Shown here: piece after piece, positions 51,031-61,459 of the stretch
Layout of the letters: each line of letters begins with the position of its first letter
Numbering within the stretch: position 1 is the stretch's first letter
NCBI GenBank assembly: GCA_963664395.2
Contig: OY761159.2
Coordinates: 2,016,001 to 2,080,000 of the forward strand
Direction: 5' to 3'
DNA: 64,000 bases
From: Candidatus Binatia bacterium
GTDB lineage: Bacteria; Desulfobacterota; Binatia; Bin18
Translations under genes and position numbers: made by a program
The notes under the pieces: model-generated
Told to the model about the DNA's origin: nothing
Database searches by the model: none
The model's input: the letters and a program-made list of their open reading frames with translations, nothing else

Positions 51031-51624
51031 TTAACAGCCCGGCTGTTCCGCTTCCGCCTGCATGTCCTGATGCGCGAACGACAGCGGACACGGTTGTCCG
51101 ACCCCGTCGAGTCCAACGGCGTAGACCAGCCGACCGTAGCCAATAAAAATAGCCATCCGCCAGCCCAGGGCCATGATCTCGGGCTCGCTGTAATGGGTGC
51201 GCAGTTCGTCAAAGAGGTCTTGGGAGACCTCTTTGTGGTCGCGGGCCAGCGTGTCCGCAAAGCGCAGGGCGGCTTTCTCGCGCGGCGTGAACAAGTCGCT
51301 GTCCTGAAAATGGGGCAGGGCGTGGATCATTTCTTCCGTCAGACCTTGTTGCCTCGCCGAGGCATACACGGCCGTCATTCAAAGCTGGCATTCGTTGATT
51401 TGGGCCACTTTGTGCCGAATCAGTTCGGTCAGCTTCACGCTGATCCCGTCGGTGTCGGCCATAATATGCGAGTAGTAAAACTCGACGAAGTGCTTGTAGA
51501 GGTCCGGGGTATGGGCAAAGACCTGTATCCACTCCGACCCGCCGAGCGCCTCGTCACTCTGCTGCATGGTTTTTTGCAGCTCGGGGTCAACCTTCTCAAA
51601 CGGCACCTTGCTGACACGTAGCAT
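51031..51624 (-). CDS. AhpD/carboxymuconolactone decarboxylase family protein with in-frame TGA (probable selenocysteine, CxxU)
   Basis: ORFs 51379-51624 and 51031-51378 are contiguous and in frame; ELIRHKVAQINECQL-TGA-MTA; second half FTPREKAALRFAD...ELRTHYSEPEI. Confidence 0.8.
51342..51373 (-). promoter_or_regulatory. Candidate bacterial SECIS hairpin
   Basis: mRNA GGCC G UGU A UGCCUC-GGC-GAGGCA ACA A GGUC starts 6 nt after the UGA; apical loop begins with G about 21 nt downstream. Confidence 0.6.
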
Positions 51625-51702
51625 CGCTCTCCCTCCTTATGGGCAGTGGGTTTCCTTTGCCAATAAACCAATGCGGACGAATTGGGAAGAGCCGCCGAAT
51701 TT

Positions 51703-53637
51703 TTACTCTGGCAGATTCTCAATGGTGATGGGCTCAATGGCCTCGGCCAATGGGAACCCAAAAATTCGCGAGTAGAAATACAACTCGCCATCCAGGGCGC
51801 GTTTGATATTCTCGGCTCTGCGAAAGCCGTGCTGTTCGCCCGCAAACAGAACATAGGCGACCGGCAAGCCTTTCGCTCTGAGAGCCGCCACCATCAGCTC
51901 GGCCTGATTCGGCGGGACGATCTTGTCTTCCGCACCTTGGAAGATAATCAACGGACACGAGAGCTGCTCTGTAAAATGAATCGGCGAGCGCGCGTAATAC
52001 ACATCTTGTCGCTCCGGGTACGGCCCGACAAGATTGTCCGGGTAGCGGGACTCGAACTTATGGGTGTCGCGCGCCAGCGCTTCGAGGTCGCTGATCCCGT
52101 AATGACTCGCCCCGGCCCGAAACGTGCTGCGAAAGGTCAGCGCACACAGCGTGGTGTATCCCCCGGCACTGCCTCCGGTAATCGTCAGTCGCTCAGCATC
52201 GACCTCGCCGCGTTCTACGAGATAGCCGGCGCCATTGACACAGTCGTCCACATCGACAATACCCCAGTGGCCGTTCAGGCGTTGGCGATAGGCTCGCCCA
52301 TAGCCACTACTGCCGCCATAGTTCACGTCCAGAACGGCAAAGCCGCGACTCGTCCAGTATTGAATGCGCAGATCAAGCGCGGTCTGCGCGGCCGAGGTCG
52401 GTCCGCCGTGGCTTTTGACAACCAGCGGCGGGCGTTCTTCTTCTGGAGCAACGTAGTCAGCGTTTGTGGGCGGATAGAAAAGTCCGTACGCGGTCCGGTC
52501 ATGTTCGGTTGGAAAGGCAACGGCCTGGGGCGCTGACAGATAGTCGGGGTCCAGGTCGAGTTGGCTGGATAACCGCAGGACGGTGAGGGCGTGTGTTTCC
52601 AGTTCGAGTTGGACGACAGCGAGCGGTTCGGTTGGCGAGCCCGCCAGAAACACCGCCCTACCGGCTGAAGCGTGCACCCCGCTCACTTCGGTATACGGCA
52701 GCGCAATGGCGTCGCACTGCCGCGTGCCCGGATCAAGGCTGGCCATATGCCAGGTTCCATCTACGGTGTAGGTGCAGATAATCTGGTTGGCAGAAGCAAA
52801 GGCATAGGTCGCCATACCAAACATCCACTGCGGTCGGCCAAAATCCGCGGTCTTTTCCCACAGCGCCTCAATGCTGCCGTTACGGACTCGATACAGATTC
52901 CACCAGCCGGAGCGATCCGAAACAAAGTATAAGATACCGAGCGGAGACCATTCGGGCTGAAAAATGGACTCCGCGTCGCCGCCGGCTACCCGCCTGACTT
53001 CCGCCAGGGACCCGTCCGAGCGGAGCGTCCCTACCCACAGCTCGGTGCCGTCCCAGGGCATCTGCGGATGATTCCACGCCAGCCAGGCGAGCTGGGTGCC
53101 GTCCGGGTTGAGCCGCGGGTTGGAATAAAAATCACTCCCGGAGACGATAACCGTCTCTTCCCCGCTGGCGAGATCAATACTGACCAGGGTATTCACCGCT
53201 TCCTGCCCCGCAAGCCGGTGATCTTCGCGCACGCAGATCAAACGGCTGCGCTGGGTATCAACAATCGCGTCGGCATAGCGCAGCCCGTCTGCTGCGGTCA
53301 GGGGCTCGGGCTCGGCCGCTCCGGTCTGATGATACAGCCGCTGATCCGTGAAATTTGAAAAATAGAGTGCGCCGTCCCGGACGGCATATGCCCCGCCCCC
53401 ATACTCATGCACGCGCGTCCGGGCATTAAAGGGCGCGGGCGTCAGGTCGGCTATCGTGCCGTCAGGCGTGCGTCGCACAATGACATTCCGCCCGCCCTCG
53501 GTCGGCCGCTGTTCTATCCAGTACACCGCCTCTCCATCCAGCCGAACCTGGCCCAAGCCAACCGTTCCGGCCACAATCAAGTCTGAGGTGATAGGCGATT
53601 GCCACGAACCGTACGGGGCGGTGTTTTTGTCAGGCAT
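51703..53637 (-). CDS. S9 family peptidase (acylaminoacyl/dipeptidyl aminopeptidase)
   Basis: APYGSW.SPI, HGGPT, GGSAGG, THKFESRY, GEQHGFR. Confidence 0.92.
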   Translation of the reverse strand: MPDKNTAPYGSWQSPITSDLIVAGTVGLGQVRLDGEAVYWIEQRPTEGGRNVIVRRTPDGTIADLTPAPFNARTRVHEYGGGAYAVRDGALYFSNFTDQRLYHQTGAAEPEPLTAADGLRYADAIVDTQRSRLICVREDHRLAGQEAVNTLVSIDLASGEETVIVSGSDFYSNPRLNPDGTQLAWLAWNHPQMPWDGTELWVGTLRSDGSLAEVRRVAGGDAESIFQPEWSPLGILYFVSDRSGWWNLYRVRNGSIEALWEKTADFGRPQWMFGMATYAFASANQIICTYTVDGTWHMASLDPGTRQCDAIALPYTEVSGVHASAGRAVFLAGSPTEPLAVVQLELETHALTVLRLSSQLDLDPDYLSAPQAVAFPTEHDRTAYGLFYPPTNADYVAPEEERPPLVVKSHGGPTSAAQTALDLRIQYWTSRGFAVLDVNYGGSSGYGRAYRQRLNGHWGIVDVDDCVNGAGYLVERGEVDAERLTITGGSAGGYTTLCALTFRSTFRAGASHYGISDLEALARDTHKFESRYPDNLVGPYPERQDVYYARSPIHFTEQLSCPLIIFQGAEDKIVPPNQAELMVAALRAKGLPVAYVLFAGEQHGFRRAENIKRALDGELYFYSRIFGFPLAEAIEPITIENLPE

Positions 53638-53891
53638 GAATTCTCCTCATTTCAAAGGCTCTTATAATGGTAGCGTCACTGGGCAATAAGAAGCCCGTCC
53701 TTTTCTGCTTTATAGATAAGCCGATACTCGCAGGACTTTCTTATCGGTCCGTTACCAGTAGAGATAGTCTTCCCAGGCATGCTCGGAAAAAAGGAAGAGG
53801 CTGAAGATCAATACATGTTCGCGCCAAGGTCTGGACTTTTCTCATTTTGTGCGTTTTTGTGAAATCTATAGATAGAAGAGGAGGACAGAGT

Positions 53892-54128
53892 ATGCAGTCG
53901 GCCTTACGTATCAAGACCACGGTTCTCCCAGGAGGAAAAATTGAAGTGGTTGATGAAACCCTCCAAGCAGGAGAGTCCGTAGACGTCATCGTTCTCCCCC
54001 AGCGAGTAGCGACCGCTCGTCAATCGGCTGTCGATATTTTAGCTGGAGCACCGGGGCACCGTCTCTTTCACACAGCAGAGGAGGTCGATGCCTCCATCAA
54101 AAAAGAGCGCGACGCATGGGATCGCTGA
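53892..54128 (+). CDS. Putative antitoxin upstream of PIN gene
   Basis: TTVLPGGKIEV...GESVDVIV...EEVDA.I..ERDAWD; overlaps PIN start. Confidence 0.65.
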   Translation: MQSALRIKTTVLPGGKIEVVDETLQAGESVDVIVLPQRVATARQSAVDILAGAPGHRLFHTAEEVDASIKKERDAWDR

Positions 54129-54454
54129 CTCTTCCCGCTATTGGTCCCATTTATCTTGATGCCAATGGATTTATCTATAGCGTCGAGCGGATTGAACCGT
54201 ACCGCACTGTACTCGAACCATAAAATATATTTCGTTCCCTCTTTGCATCGCGTGAAGTTCAACTCATCCCCACTACGACAGCCATCTGGGAACAGGCCGC
54301 ACGTCTTCGAGCCTCACTCAACTTAAAGACTCCAGATGCACTGCATGCCGCCTCTGCTCTTGCTGTTGGCAGCACTCTGCTTCTCACCAATGATCCGGAC
54401 TTTTGTCGGATTCCAGACGTGCCGGTCACTGTTCTCGGCGACGTGGTCGGCTGA
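54116..54454 (+). pseudogene. PIN/VapC toxin pseudogene
   Basis: MGSLTLP..GPIYLDANGFIYSVE...LEP then TAA; later frames give EQAARLRASLNLKTPDALHAASAL...LTNDPDF. Confidence 0.75.
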
Positions 54455-54535
54455 ATCCTCCTTCCTAGTTTTCCCTTTACTCCTCCCCGTCCGCAGCGCT
54501 ATGCTCCCTGTTAGTAACTCCAAGGAGGCAGACGT

Positions 54536-55699
54536 ATGGAAACGGTCCAGCCCTCGGCGTGCGGGTTTGACGCGGCACGACTCGACCACTTCGTGGCGTG
54601 TATGCAGAACGATATCGAACAGGAGCAGTATGACGGAGCGGTCGTTATCGTAGCGCGGGGGGGACAAGTCGTGTTGCACCAGGCGCTCGGTTTTGCCGAG
54701 CGGGCCAGCCGGCGCGTCATGCAAAAGGACGATGTTTTCTATCTCTTTTCCGTGACAAAGGCGCTGACGGCTACAGCAATTCTTGCCCGCGTTGACCGGG
54801 GACAACTCGCCCTGACAACCCGCGTGGCCGAGATTATTCCCGAGTTTGCGAGTAAGGGAAAACAGCGGGTGACTATCGCTCAGCTTCTGACCCATACCGC
54901 CGGCATGTCGGCCGGGTTTCCACCCGTGGCCCAGGAGATGATGGGCAATCTTGAAGCAGTGGTCGCCGCGGTCTGCCAACAGGGGCTCGATTCCCTGCCC
55001 GGAGAGGTCGTCAGCTATAGCCCGATTACCGCCCATGCGGTCCTGGGCGAAGTAGTCCGCCGGCTTGATGGAGGAGAGCGGTCGCTGCGACAGATCTTTG
55101 CGGAGGACATTTTTACCCCGCTGCGGATGCCCGATACGGCCCTGGGTCTGCGGTCTGACCTGGCCGAGCGCAGAGTTCCCGTTGTTGTTCGAGACCGGCG
55201 CGAAGGGCTCTTTCCGCCGGAAGTCCTTGAAGGCTTCAACGTCATGCTTCAGGAGGATACGGAAATTCCGGGTGGGGGCGGGGTAGGTACGGCGGCTGAT
55301 ATCTTCCGCCTGGCGGAAATGCTGCGGCGCGGCGGAGAGCTGGACGGAGCCCGCATCTTATCGCCGGCTGTCATTCGTCTTGCCGCAACAAACCACACCG
55401 GTCTCAGGCCGAATAATCTGTGGAATTACACCAGGGAAGTCCGTAACTGGGACGAGTTTCCGGCGTCGCTCGGCCTGGGCTTTTTCGTGCGCGGAACGGG
55501 CATCTTTCCCACCTATTTCGGCTCGCTGGCGTCGCCCAACACGTTTGGGGCGGTCGGAGCGGGCTCAACCTTGTTCTGGATTGATCCGGAGCGCGATATC
55601 ACTTGTGTGTGCCTGACCGCCGGAGCCCTGGAAGAGTCGTACAGCCTGGAGCGCTTCCAACGTCTGTCCGACCTCGTTCTCGCCGCGGTTGTGGACTAA
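54536..55699 (+). CDS. Serine hydrolase, beta-lactamase class C-like
   Basis: FSVTK (SxxK), QLLTHTAG, YS, WIDPERD. Confidence 0.88.
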   Translation: METVQPSACGFDAARLDHFVACMQNDIEQEQYDGAVVIVARGGQVVLHQALGFAERASRRVMQKDDVFYLFSVTKALTATAILARVDRGQLALTTRVAEIIPEFASKGKQRVTIAQLLTHTAGMSAGFPPVAQEMMGNLEAVVAAVCQQGLDSLPGEVVSYSPITAHAVLGEVVRRLDGGERSLRQIFAEDIFTPLRMPDTALGLRSDLAERRVPVVVRDRREGLFPPEVLEGFNVMLQEDTEIPGGGGVGTAADIFRLAEMLRRGGELDGARILSPAVIRLAATNHTGLRPNNLWNYTREVRNWDEFPASLGLGFFVRGTGIFPTYFGSLASPNTFGAVGAGSTLFWIDPERDITCVCLTAGALEESYSLERFQRLSDLVLAAVVD

Positions 55700-55724
55700 G
55701 CCTGCCCTGAGCCCGGTCGAAGGG
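55700..55724. repeat. Short REP-like element
   Basis: gcctgccctgagcccggtcgaaggg resembles a common intergenic repeat; single copy in window. Confidence 0.4.
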
Positions 55725-55735
55725 ACCGCGCCCGC

Positions 55736-56767
55736 ATGATTACCGAAGCGCAACTCCAGCAGATCTTTACCCCGCTGACCGGGGACCCGTCCCCGCGTCT
55801 TTGCCAGACGCTGTCCGGCAATATCAATACCATCCTCAAGGTTGAAGCCAACGGACAGATGTACGGCCTGCGTATTCGAAGCCGGGAGCAGGTCTATCGC
55901 TATGAGCCTGACCTCATTAAAGAGGTCTTCATCAGTTGGCTGCTCGACCCCGCTCAGGCCGGGGCGAACGATACGGAGAAAGCGCGAGTGCTCGCCCACC
56001 TGCGGACTGCACAACGTGGGGCCGGCTACAAGAGTTTCGGTATTGAGCCCGCCGGACTGGCCTTTGACTGGAGCCGGCAAATCCTGCCGCAGCCGTATTT
56101 CGTGTATGAGTGGATCGACGGCGAGCCGCTGTGGGATGACCCGGACGAGTCGGTATACCGGGCTGCTGGCCACGCACTGGCAAGCCTGCACCAAGTGCGC
56201 TTCGACGCCTTCTACGCCGATTTCTTTGCCATAGGCCGCGCCCCGCAGGCCTGGGCGGACCGTTTTCGGGCCGCGCTGGACAAGGAGGTCGGCGAAGCGC
56301 GGAGCCGACTCAGCCCGACGCTCTTGCAGGCGGTGGGGCATATCGCCATTCCGACCACGCTGCCGTTCTCTCCCTGTCTTATCCATAACGATTTCTCACC
56401 GGGCAATATCCTCGTTCGGGAAGGGCGACTCGTGGCGGTTATTGATTGGGATAATGCGGTCGTGGATGTGGCTCCGCTCGATTTTGTGAAGATGAAATAC
56501 TGGACGGCAAAAGACGACCGGGGTCAACTCGGCCACAACCCCGCCCTCTTCCGGGCGTTTGTTACAGGTTATGGTCCCCGCGGGCCTGAGATCGTTGAGT
56601 CGGAGACCTTTGCCTGGTACGAATTATTATGGCTGTTGCGCGTATTTAATTTTGAAATGTCCAAGCAGGAGCGCGGGCTGGAGCGTGCCCCCGGCTACCC
56701 GGAAGCCGCCGAGTATGCCATATTTCTGAAGCGAATCATCCATGAGTCAGGCACCCGAATATCTTGA
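55736..56767 (+). CDS. Aminoglycoside phosphotransferase/choline-kinase-like kinase
   Basis: LIHNDFSPGNIL, VIDWD. Confidence 0.82.
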   Translation: MITEAQLQQIFTPLTGDPSPRLCQTLSGNINTILKVEANGQMYGLRIRSREQVYRYEPDLIKEVFISWLLDPAQAGANDTEKARVLAHLRTAQRGAGYKSFGIEPAGLAFDWSRQILPQPYFVYEWIDGEPLWDDPDESVYRAAGHALASLHQVRFDAFYADFFAIGRAPQAWADRFRAALDKEVGEARSRLSPTLLQAVGHIAIPTTLPFSPCLIHNDFSPGNILVREGRLVAVIDWDNAVVDVAPLDFVKMKYWTAKDDRGQLGHNPALFRAFVTGYGPRGPEIVESETFAWYELLWLLRVFNFEMSKQERGLERAPGYPEAAEYAIFLKRIIHESGTRIS

Positions 56768-57344
56768 AGAGACTGCTTCTCCTGAAGAAGCGCATACTGA
56801 GACCGAAGTCTCGCGCCGGCTGCCGCGTTGGAAGATCGTCCTGGTCAGTCTTGCTCTTCTGATGGGTGTAGCCGGCATGGTTTTTCATCCCCCGCTTGAC
56901 TCCTGGGAAACACGAACCGTAGGGAATCTCTCTTCCTCCGGAGCTGATACGCTGCCGCAGGCGGTTCCATCCTCTGACCCTGACATGAGGGCGGAAACGA
57001 CTGAAGAGGCTCTCCCGCCGGACTGGGAGAGTCGTCTGGGGGACTGGTCTCCCCTGCTCACGAAACTCGGCTTCAGTTTTGTTGTTGGATTCAGCATCGG
57101 CTATGTGCTGCTGATCTTTCTCCGCACGACCGCCTTTCTTGCCGGCTTGGTCATCCTCGCCTTGTTTGGTTTGCAATACCTTGGCGTGCTGTACGTCAAC
57201 TGGCAGAATATCGAGACGAGTTACCACTCGGTCCTGAGTTGGGTCTTGCCTCGGGCGGAAAACTTTCGGGATTTTATTACCAGCAATCTCTCTTCGTCCG
57301 GTATGGCGGCGCTGGGGATTCTGACGGGTTTGACGCGCCGCTAG
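56742..57344 (+). CDS. FUN14-like membrane protein
   Basis: LGFSFVVGFSIGY.L......A.L.GL..L.L..LQY.GV..VNW. Confidence 0.65.
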   Translation: MSQAPEYLEETASPEEAHTETEVSRRLPRWKIVLVSLALLMGVAGMVFHPPLDSWETRTVGNLSSSGADTLPQAVPSSDPDMRAETTEEALPPDWESRLGDWSPLLTKLGFSFVVGFSIGYVLLIFLRTTAFLAGLVILALFGLQYLGVLYVNWQNIETSYHSVLSWVLPRAENFRDFITSNLSSSGMAALGILTGLTRR

Positions 57345-57356
57345 GTATTACACGTT

Positions 57357-58070
57357 ATGGCAAATTTCAAAACTCACCTTGCAGTCGCCGCGGTTGGCAG
57401 TGGTCTTTTGGCGACGGTCTGTTTGGGCGCGGGGATGAGCAGCCCGCAAGAAGTCGTCACCCTGTCTGCGGTTGGTACGGTGGGCGGACTCCTGCCGGAT
57501 ATTGACCTCGACCACTCCAGTCCGACCAAGCTGATATTTACCGCACTGGCCATTGTGTTTGCCTTTCTCGCCGCGTTCAATCGAGCCGCGAGCTACTCTA
57601 TTGTCGAACTCTGGCTGGTCTGGGGGGTGTCGTATGGCCTCGTCCGCTATCTTGCCTTGGGCATATTCTCTAAGCTGACGGTCCATCGCGGCATTTTTCA
57701 TTCGCTCGTTGCCGCCCTCTTTTTCTGGTTCCTGGCCACCAGCCTGAGTTATTATCTGTTTGCTCTGAGTGATCTCTTCGCCTGGTCTATCGGCTTTTTT
57801 ATCTTTTTTGGCTATATCCTCCATCTGCTGCTCGACGAACTCTTTAGCGTCGATCTCTTGAACTCGCGCCTCAAAAACTCATTTGGCACAGCACTCAAAA
57901 TCGCGGATTTTCGCAACGCGCGGACCTCACTCCTGATGACGACGGCCGCGCTGCTCACTTTCTCTTCAACCCCGAGTGCCCAGCCTTTCCTCGGATGGGT
58001 CATGAATAAACAAACCTACCTCAATATCGCCGATCGCTTTTTCCCTGAAGCGCTGTGGTTTACGCTCTAG
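57357..58070 (+). CDS. Membrane-bound metal-dependent hydrolase (YdjM-like)
   Basis: MANFKTH, LLPDID, HRGIFHS, GYILHLLLDE. Confidence 0.85.
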   Translation: MANFKTHLAVAAVGSGLLATVCLGAGMSSPQEVVTLSAVGTVGGLLPDIDLDHSSPTKLIFTALAIVFAFLAAFNRAASYSIVELWLVWGVSYGLVRYLALGIFSKLTVHRGIFHSLVAALFFWFLATSLSYYLFALSDLFAWSIGFFIFFGYILHLLLDELFSVDLLNSRLKNSFGTALKIADFRNARTSLLMTTAALLTFSSTPSAQPFLGWVMNKQTYLNIADRFFPEALWFTL

Positions 58071-58161
58071 CGCTCCGTCCTCTTGACCTGCTACAGACAG
58101 CAGGCCATCATGCTTCGGTTTGGTTTTCCGGGAGAAGACAGAGAGGGCAAAAACCGATTCT

Positions 58162-58686
58162 ATGTCAGGACTTCCATGTTCCATGTTAGGGCGGTGTGGA
58201 GCGGTATGGGGCATTAGCGGCGTTGTGCTCTTACTGGGCTATTCCATCGTCCGCCTCTCTTCCATTACACTGGAGGCATTGCACCATGAGTTCTCCTGGT
58301 ACCACTGGCTGGCGCTCGGTCTGAACGTCATCTATATGGCCTACTCGGAGGGCTATTACGGTTTTCAACGCGGCTTTGCGCCTCGGGTCGCCGCACGCGC
58401 AAAATATTTGGCCACTCACCCCACCCTTCTCTCTGCGGTGTTGGCGCCTGTCTTTTGTATGGGATATTTCCATATTCGCAGACCCCGACAGATATTCATC
58501 TTCGCCCTCACCGCCATGATCGTCGTCTTTGTCCTTGTCCTGCCCTACCTGGCTCAGCCGTGGCGCGGCATTGTTGATGCCGGCGTTGTCGTCGGCTTAC
58601 TCTGGGGGCTTATTACCGTTGGGGTCTTTACCTTCCAGGCATTTACTTCGGACGATTTTTCGTATTCGCCCGAAGTGCCGGAGTAA
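58162..58686 (+). CDS. Hypothetical membrane protein
   Basis: Multiple TM helices; MAYSEGY.GFQRGFAPRV, PWRGIVDAGVV. Confidence 0.7.
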   Translation: MSGLPCSMLGRCGAVWGISGVVLLLGYSIVRLSSITLEALHHEFSWYHWLALGLNVIYMAYSEGYYGFQRGFAPRVAARAKYLATHPTLLSAVLAPVFCMGYFHIRRPRQIFIFALTAMIVVFVLVLPYLAQPWRGIVDAGVVVGLLWGLITVGVFTFQAFTSDDFSYSPEVPE

Positions 58687-58923
58687 AGACAGGGGGTGGA
58701 GATCAGGGATTGGGGGGTTCCTCCAGAGGCTTCGGAGTCGCGCCGTGAGGCTGGAGGCTGGCGGCAACCTGACCTCCGGTCCACGCGCCACAGGCCGCGG
58801 CGGGCACATATCGTACGGATCGTACGGATCGCGCAAATCGACAGTTTCTTCTATGCCAAACTTGTCTCGGACCGTCCACGCCTATAGTGTCCGAATCAAT
58901 TTCGTTCGTATTCGTTCGTAATT

Positions 58924-60141
58924 ATGCACGCCATAGATTTTATTCTCCCACTCATCGCATTCGTTGTCGCCGCTCTTTTGCTTCTCCCGGCAATCAAGGA
59001 CAACACAGTCTGGAGAGCGAGCGTCACGCCGTTGGCCTCGATCATTGGCAGTGGCTTTTTGGTCGTCGCGCCGTTACTCGCCCTGGTCGTTGGCTGGGCG
59101 GCCCCTTTGGCGATGTTGGCCATCGTCGTCATCGCCTATGGCCTGGGAGAAATTTCACGATTTAACATTCGCCATGGCGAGCCCTTGCTGCAAAGCGGCG
59201 AAGCGCCGGCCTTGCTGGTGATGACCGAGCGCGTCGCGAATTTTACCCTTTCGCTGGCCTACATCATATCCGTCGCGTTTTACGTCAGGCTGTTGGCCTC
59301 CTTCGTGCTCACAGGCACCCGGTTAGACAGTGAAATCGGCGCACAGGTATTGACCACGCTGATTTTGCTATTCATCGGCTATGCCGGTTGGCACCGGGGC
59401 CTGGAGGGCCTGGTACGCATAGAAGAGTACTCGGTCAGCATAAAGTTGGCGATCATCGTGGCACTGCTATGCGGACTGGTGAATTATGACGCTACTGTCG
59501 ATTTTTCGATCCGTGATTTTCCGGCACCATCCACGTCAACGTGGGAACAACTCCGTCAACTCGCCGGTATGTTACTGGTGGTGCAGGGCTTTGAAACGTC
59601 ACGGTATCTTGGCACCGAATTTTCTGCGGAACTGCGCATCAGGAGTATGCGACTCGCCCAGATCATCTCGGGGCTAATCTACGTCGCATTTATTGTCATG
59701 TGCATGCCGCTGCTTCTCGGTCTGAACGGTCTGAGAGTGGACGAGACGGCGATTATCGGTCTCTCGGGTCACATTGCGATGGTCTTACCGGCCATGCTCG
59801 TTTTGGCCGCCGTCATGAGCCAATTCAGCGCGGCAGTCGCCGATACGGCCGGCGCCGGTGGACTGGTCGAAGAGGAAAGCGGAGGTCTGATATCAGCCCG
59901 ATACGCCTATGTGGCGGTGATCGGTTTGGGCATTGTATTGGTATGGACGACCGCTGTTTTCGAGATCATCGCCCTGGCTTCGCGGGCCTTTGCCGCCTAT
60001 TACTTGTCACAGGCGCTGAGTGCGTTTCAGATTGTCGGCTGTAGTTCCGGGGTCCGGTCGCGTCGGCTCGGCAGAATCTCCGTGGCCCTAGCCTCCATTG
60101 TGTTGGCCTGGATCGTCGTCTTCGCCGCGCCCGCAGATTAG
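58924..60141 (+). CDS. APC-superfamily-like membrane transporter
   Basis: VTPLASIIGSGFL, VQGFETSRY, ~11-12 TM. Confidence 0.65.
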   Translation: MHAIDFILPLIAFVVAALLLLPAIKDNTVWRASVTPLASIIGSGFLVVAPLLALVVGWAAPLAMLAIVVIAYGLGEISRFNIRHGEPLLQSGEAPALLVMTERVANFTLSLAYIISVAFYVRLLASFVLTGTRLDSEIGAQVLTTLILLFIGYAGWHRGLEGLVRIEEYSVSIKLAIIVALLCGLVNYDATVDFSIRDFPAPSTSTWEQLRQLAGMLLVVQGFETSRYLGTEFSAELRIRSMRLAQIISGLIYVAFIVMCMPLLLGLNGLRVDETAIIGLSGHIAMVLPAMLVLAAVMSQFSAAVADTAGAGGLVEEESGGLISARYAYVAVIGLGIVLVWTTAVFEIIALASRAFAAYYLSQALSAFQIVGCSSGVRSRRLGRISVALASIVLAWIVVFAAPAD

Positions 60142-60252
60142 TCCGATTAGGTTATTCGTATCTTTTCTCGCCCGGTGCATGTCGCTTGACAGCCCTGGAT
60201 TGCTTAGGGCAAAACCAGAACTGGAAACTCTACCGTATCGAGGAGACTACTC

Positions 60253-61440
60253 ATGTCTGGACCATTGGCCGGTTATCGAATCATTGACGTCACCCAGATG
60301 TTGTCAGGCCCTATGGCCACCATGATGCTGGGCGATCAAGGGGCGGATGTCATCAAGGTCGAACCGCCGGACACGGGCGACCTGACCCGTGCCCTGGGTG
60401 GGAAGTCACGTCGCCTCTCACCGTTCTTTTCCACTTTGAATCGGAATAAGCGCTCGGTTGTCCTGAACCTGAAAGACGAAAAGGGGGTCGGGTTGCTCAA
60501 AGACCTCGTCGCCGGTGCGGATGTCTTTGTGCAGAATTTCCGGCCCGGGGCGGCTGAGCGTCTGGGGATTGGTGAGGACGTCCTGCGCAAGGTGAAACCG
60601 GACCTTATCTATGTGTCTATCAGCGGCTTTGGCGAAAAAGGGCCGTATGTCGGCAAGCGCGTGTATGATCCGGTTATCCAGGCGCTCTCCGGCTTGACCG
60701 ATATTCAAGCCGACCCGGACACCGGCCGACCACGTATGATGCGGCTTATCATTCCCGACAAAGTCACGGCCCTGACCGGAGCGCAGGCCATCACCGCCGC
60801 ACTCCTGGCCCGGGAACGGACTGGAGAGGGGCAACATGTCCGGCTCGCCATGTTGGACGCGGTCGTCTCGTTTCTGTGGCATGAGGGTATGACGCAGTAC
60901 ACCTTCATGGGTTCGGACATCGGGCCGGTACGACCGGCGGACACGCGGGACCTTATCTTTGATACCACAGATGGCTATATCACCGCAGCCGCGGTCTCGG
61001 ACAAGGAATGGCAGGGCATGACGCGCGCCCTTGAGAGACCGGAATGGCTGGAAGACGCCCGGTTCAGCACGCCTGCCGGGCGGGTCAAATATGCCGATGT
61101 ACGCTTGGAGATGACGGCCGAGGTCCTGAAAGAAAGAAGCTCGGCCGAATGGCTGGAACGCCTTGATGCCGAGCAGGTGCCGTGCGCTCCGGTCAATCGC
61201 AAGGCAGACGTGTTGACCGACCCGCAGGTTGCGGCCAACAATCTGATTGTTGAATCCGACCATCCGCACGCCGGCCACATGCGCCAAGCGCGCCCAGCCG
61301 CGCGATTTGAGGGGACACCTTCGGAACTCCTACGTCAGCCGGCCCCCCTGCTCGGCGAGCAGACCGACGCAATTCTGGCCGAGCTGGGCCTGTCCGCAGA
61401 CCGGCTGGCAGAGTTGCGTGAAGCCGGCACGATTGCCTGA
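60253..61440 (+). CDS. CaiB/BaiF class III CoA transferase
   Basis: GPLAG.RIID, GADVIKVE, NRNKRS, NFRPG, APLLGEQT. Confidence 0.92.
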   Translation: MSGPLAGYRIIDVTQMLSGPMATMMLGDQGADVIKVEPPDTGDLTRALGGKSRRLSPFFSTLNRNKRSVVLNLKDEKGVGLLKDLVAGADVFVQNFRPGAAERLGIGEDVLRKVKPDLIYVSISGFGEKGPYVGKRVYDPVIQALSGLTDIQADPDTGRPRMMRLIIPDKVTALTGAQAITAALLARERTGEGQHVRLAMLDAVVSFLWHEGMTQYTFMGSDIGPVRPADTRDLIFDTTDGYITAAAVSDKEWQGMTRALERPEWLEDARFSTPAGRVKYADVRLEMTAEVLKERSSAEWLERLDAEQVPCAPVNRKADVLTDPQVAANNLIVESDHPHAGHMRQARPAARFEGTPSELLRQPAPLLGEQTDAILAELGLSADRLAELREAGTIA

Positions 61441-61459
61441 CGCCTGGCCTCCATAAGAA

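Noticed and set aside
54536-56767. Beta-lactamase plus aminoglycoside kinase as an antibiotic-resistance cassette
   Set aside because: Only generic serine-hydrolase and APH-like superfamily motifs; no mobile context
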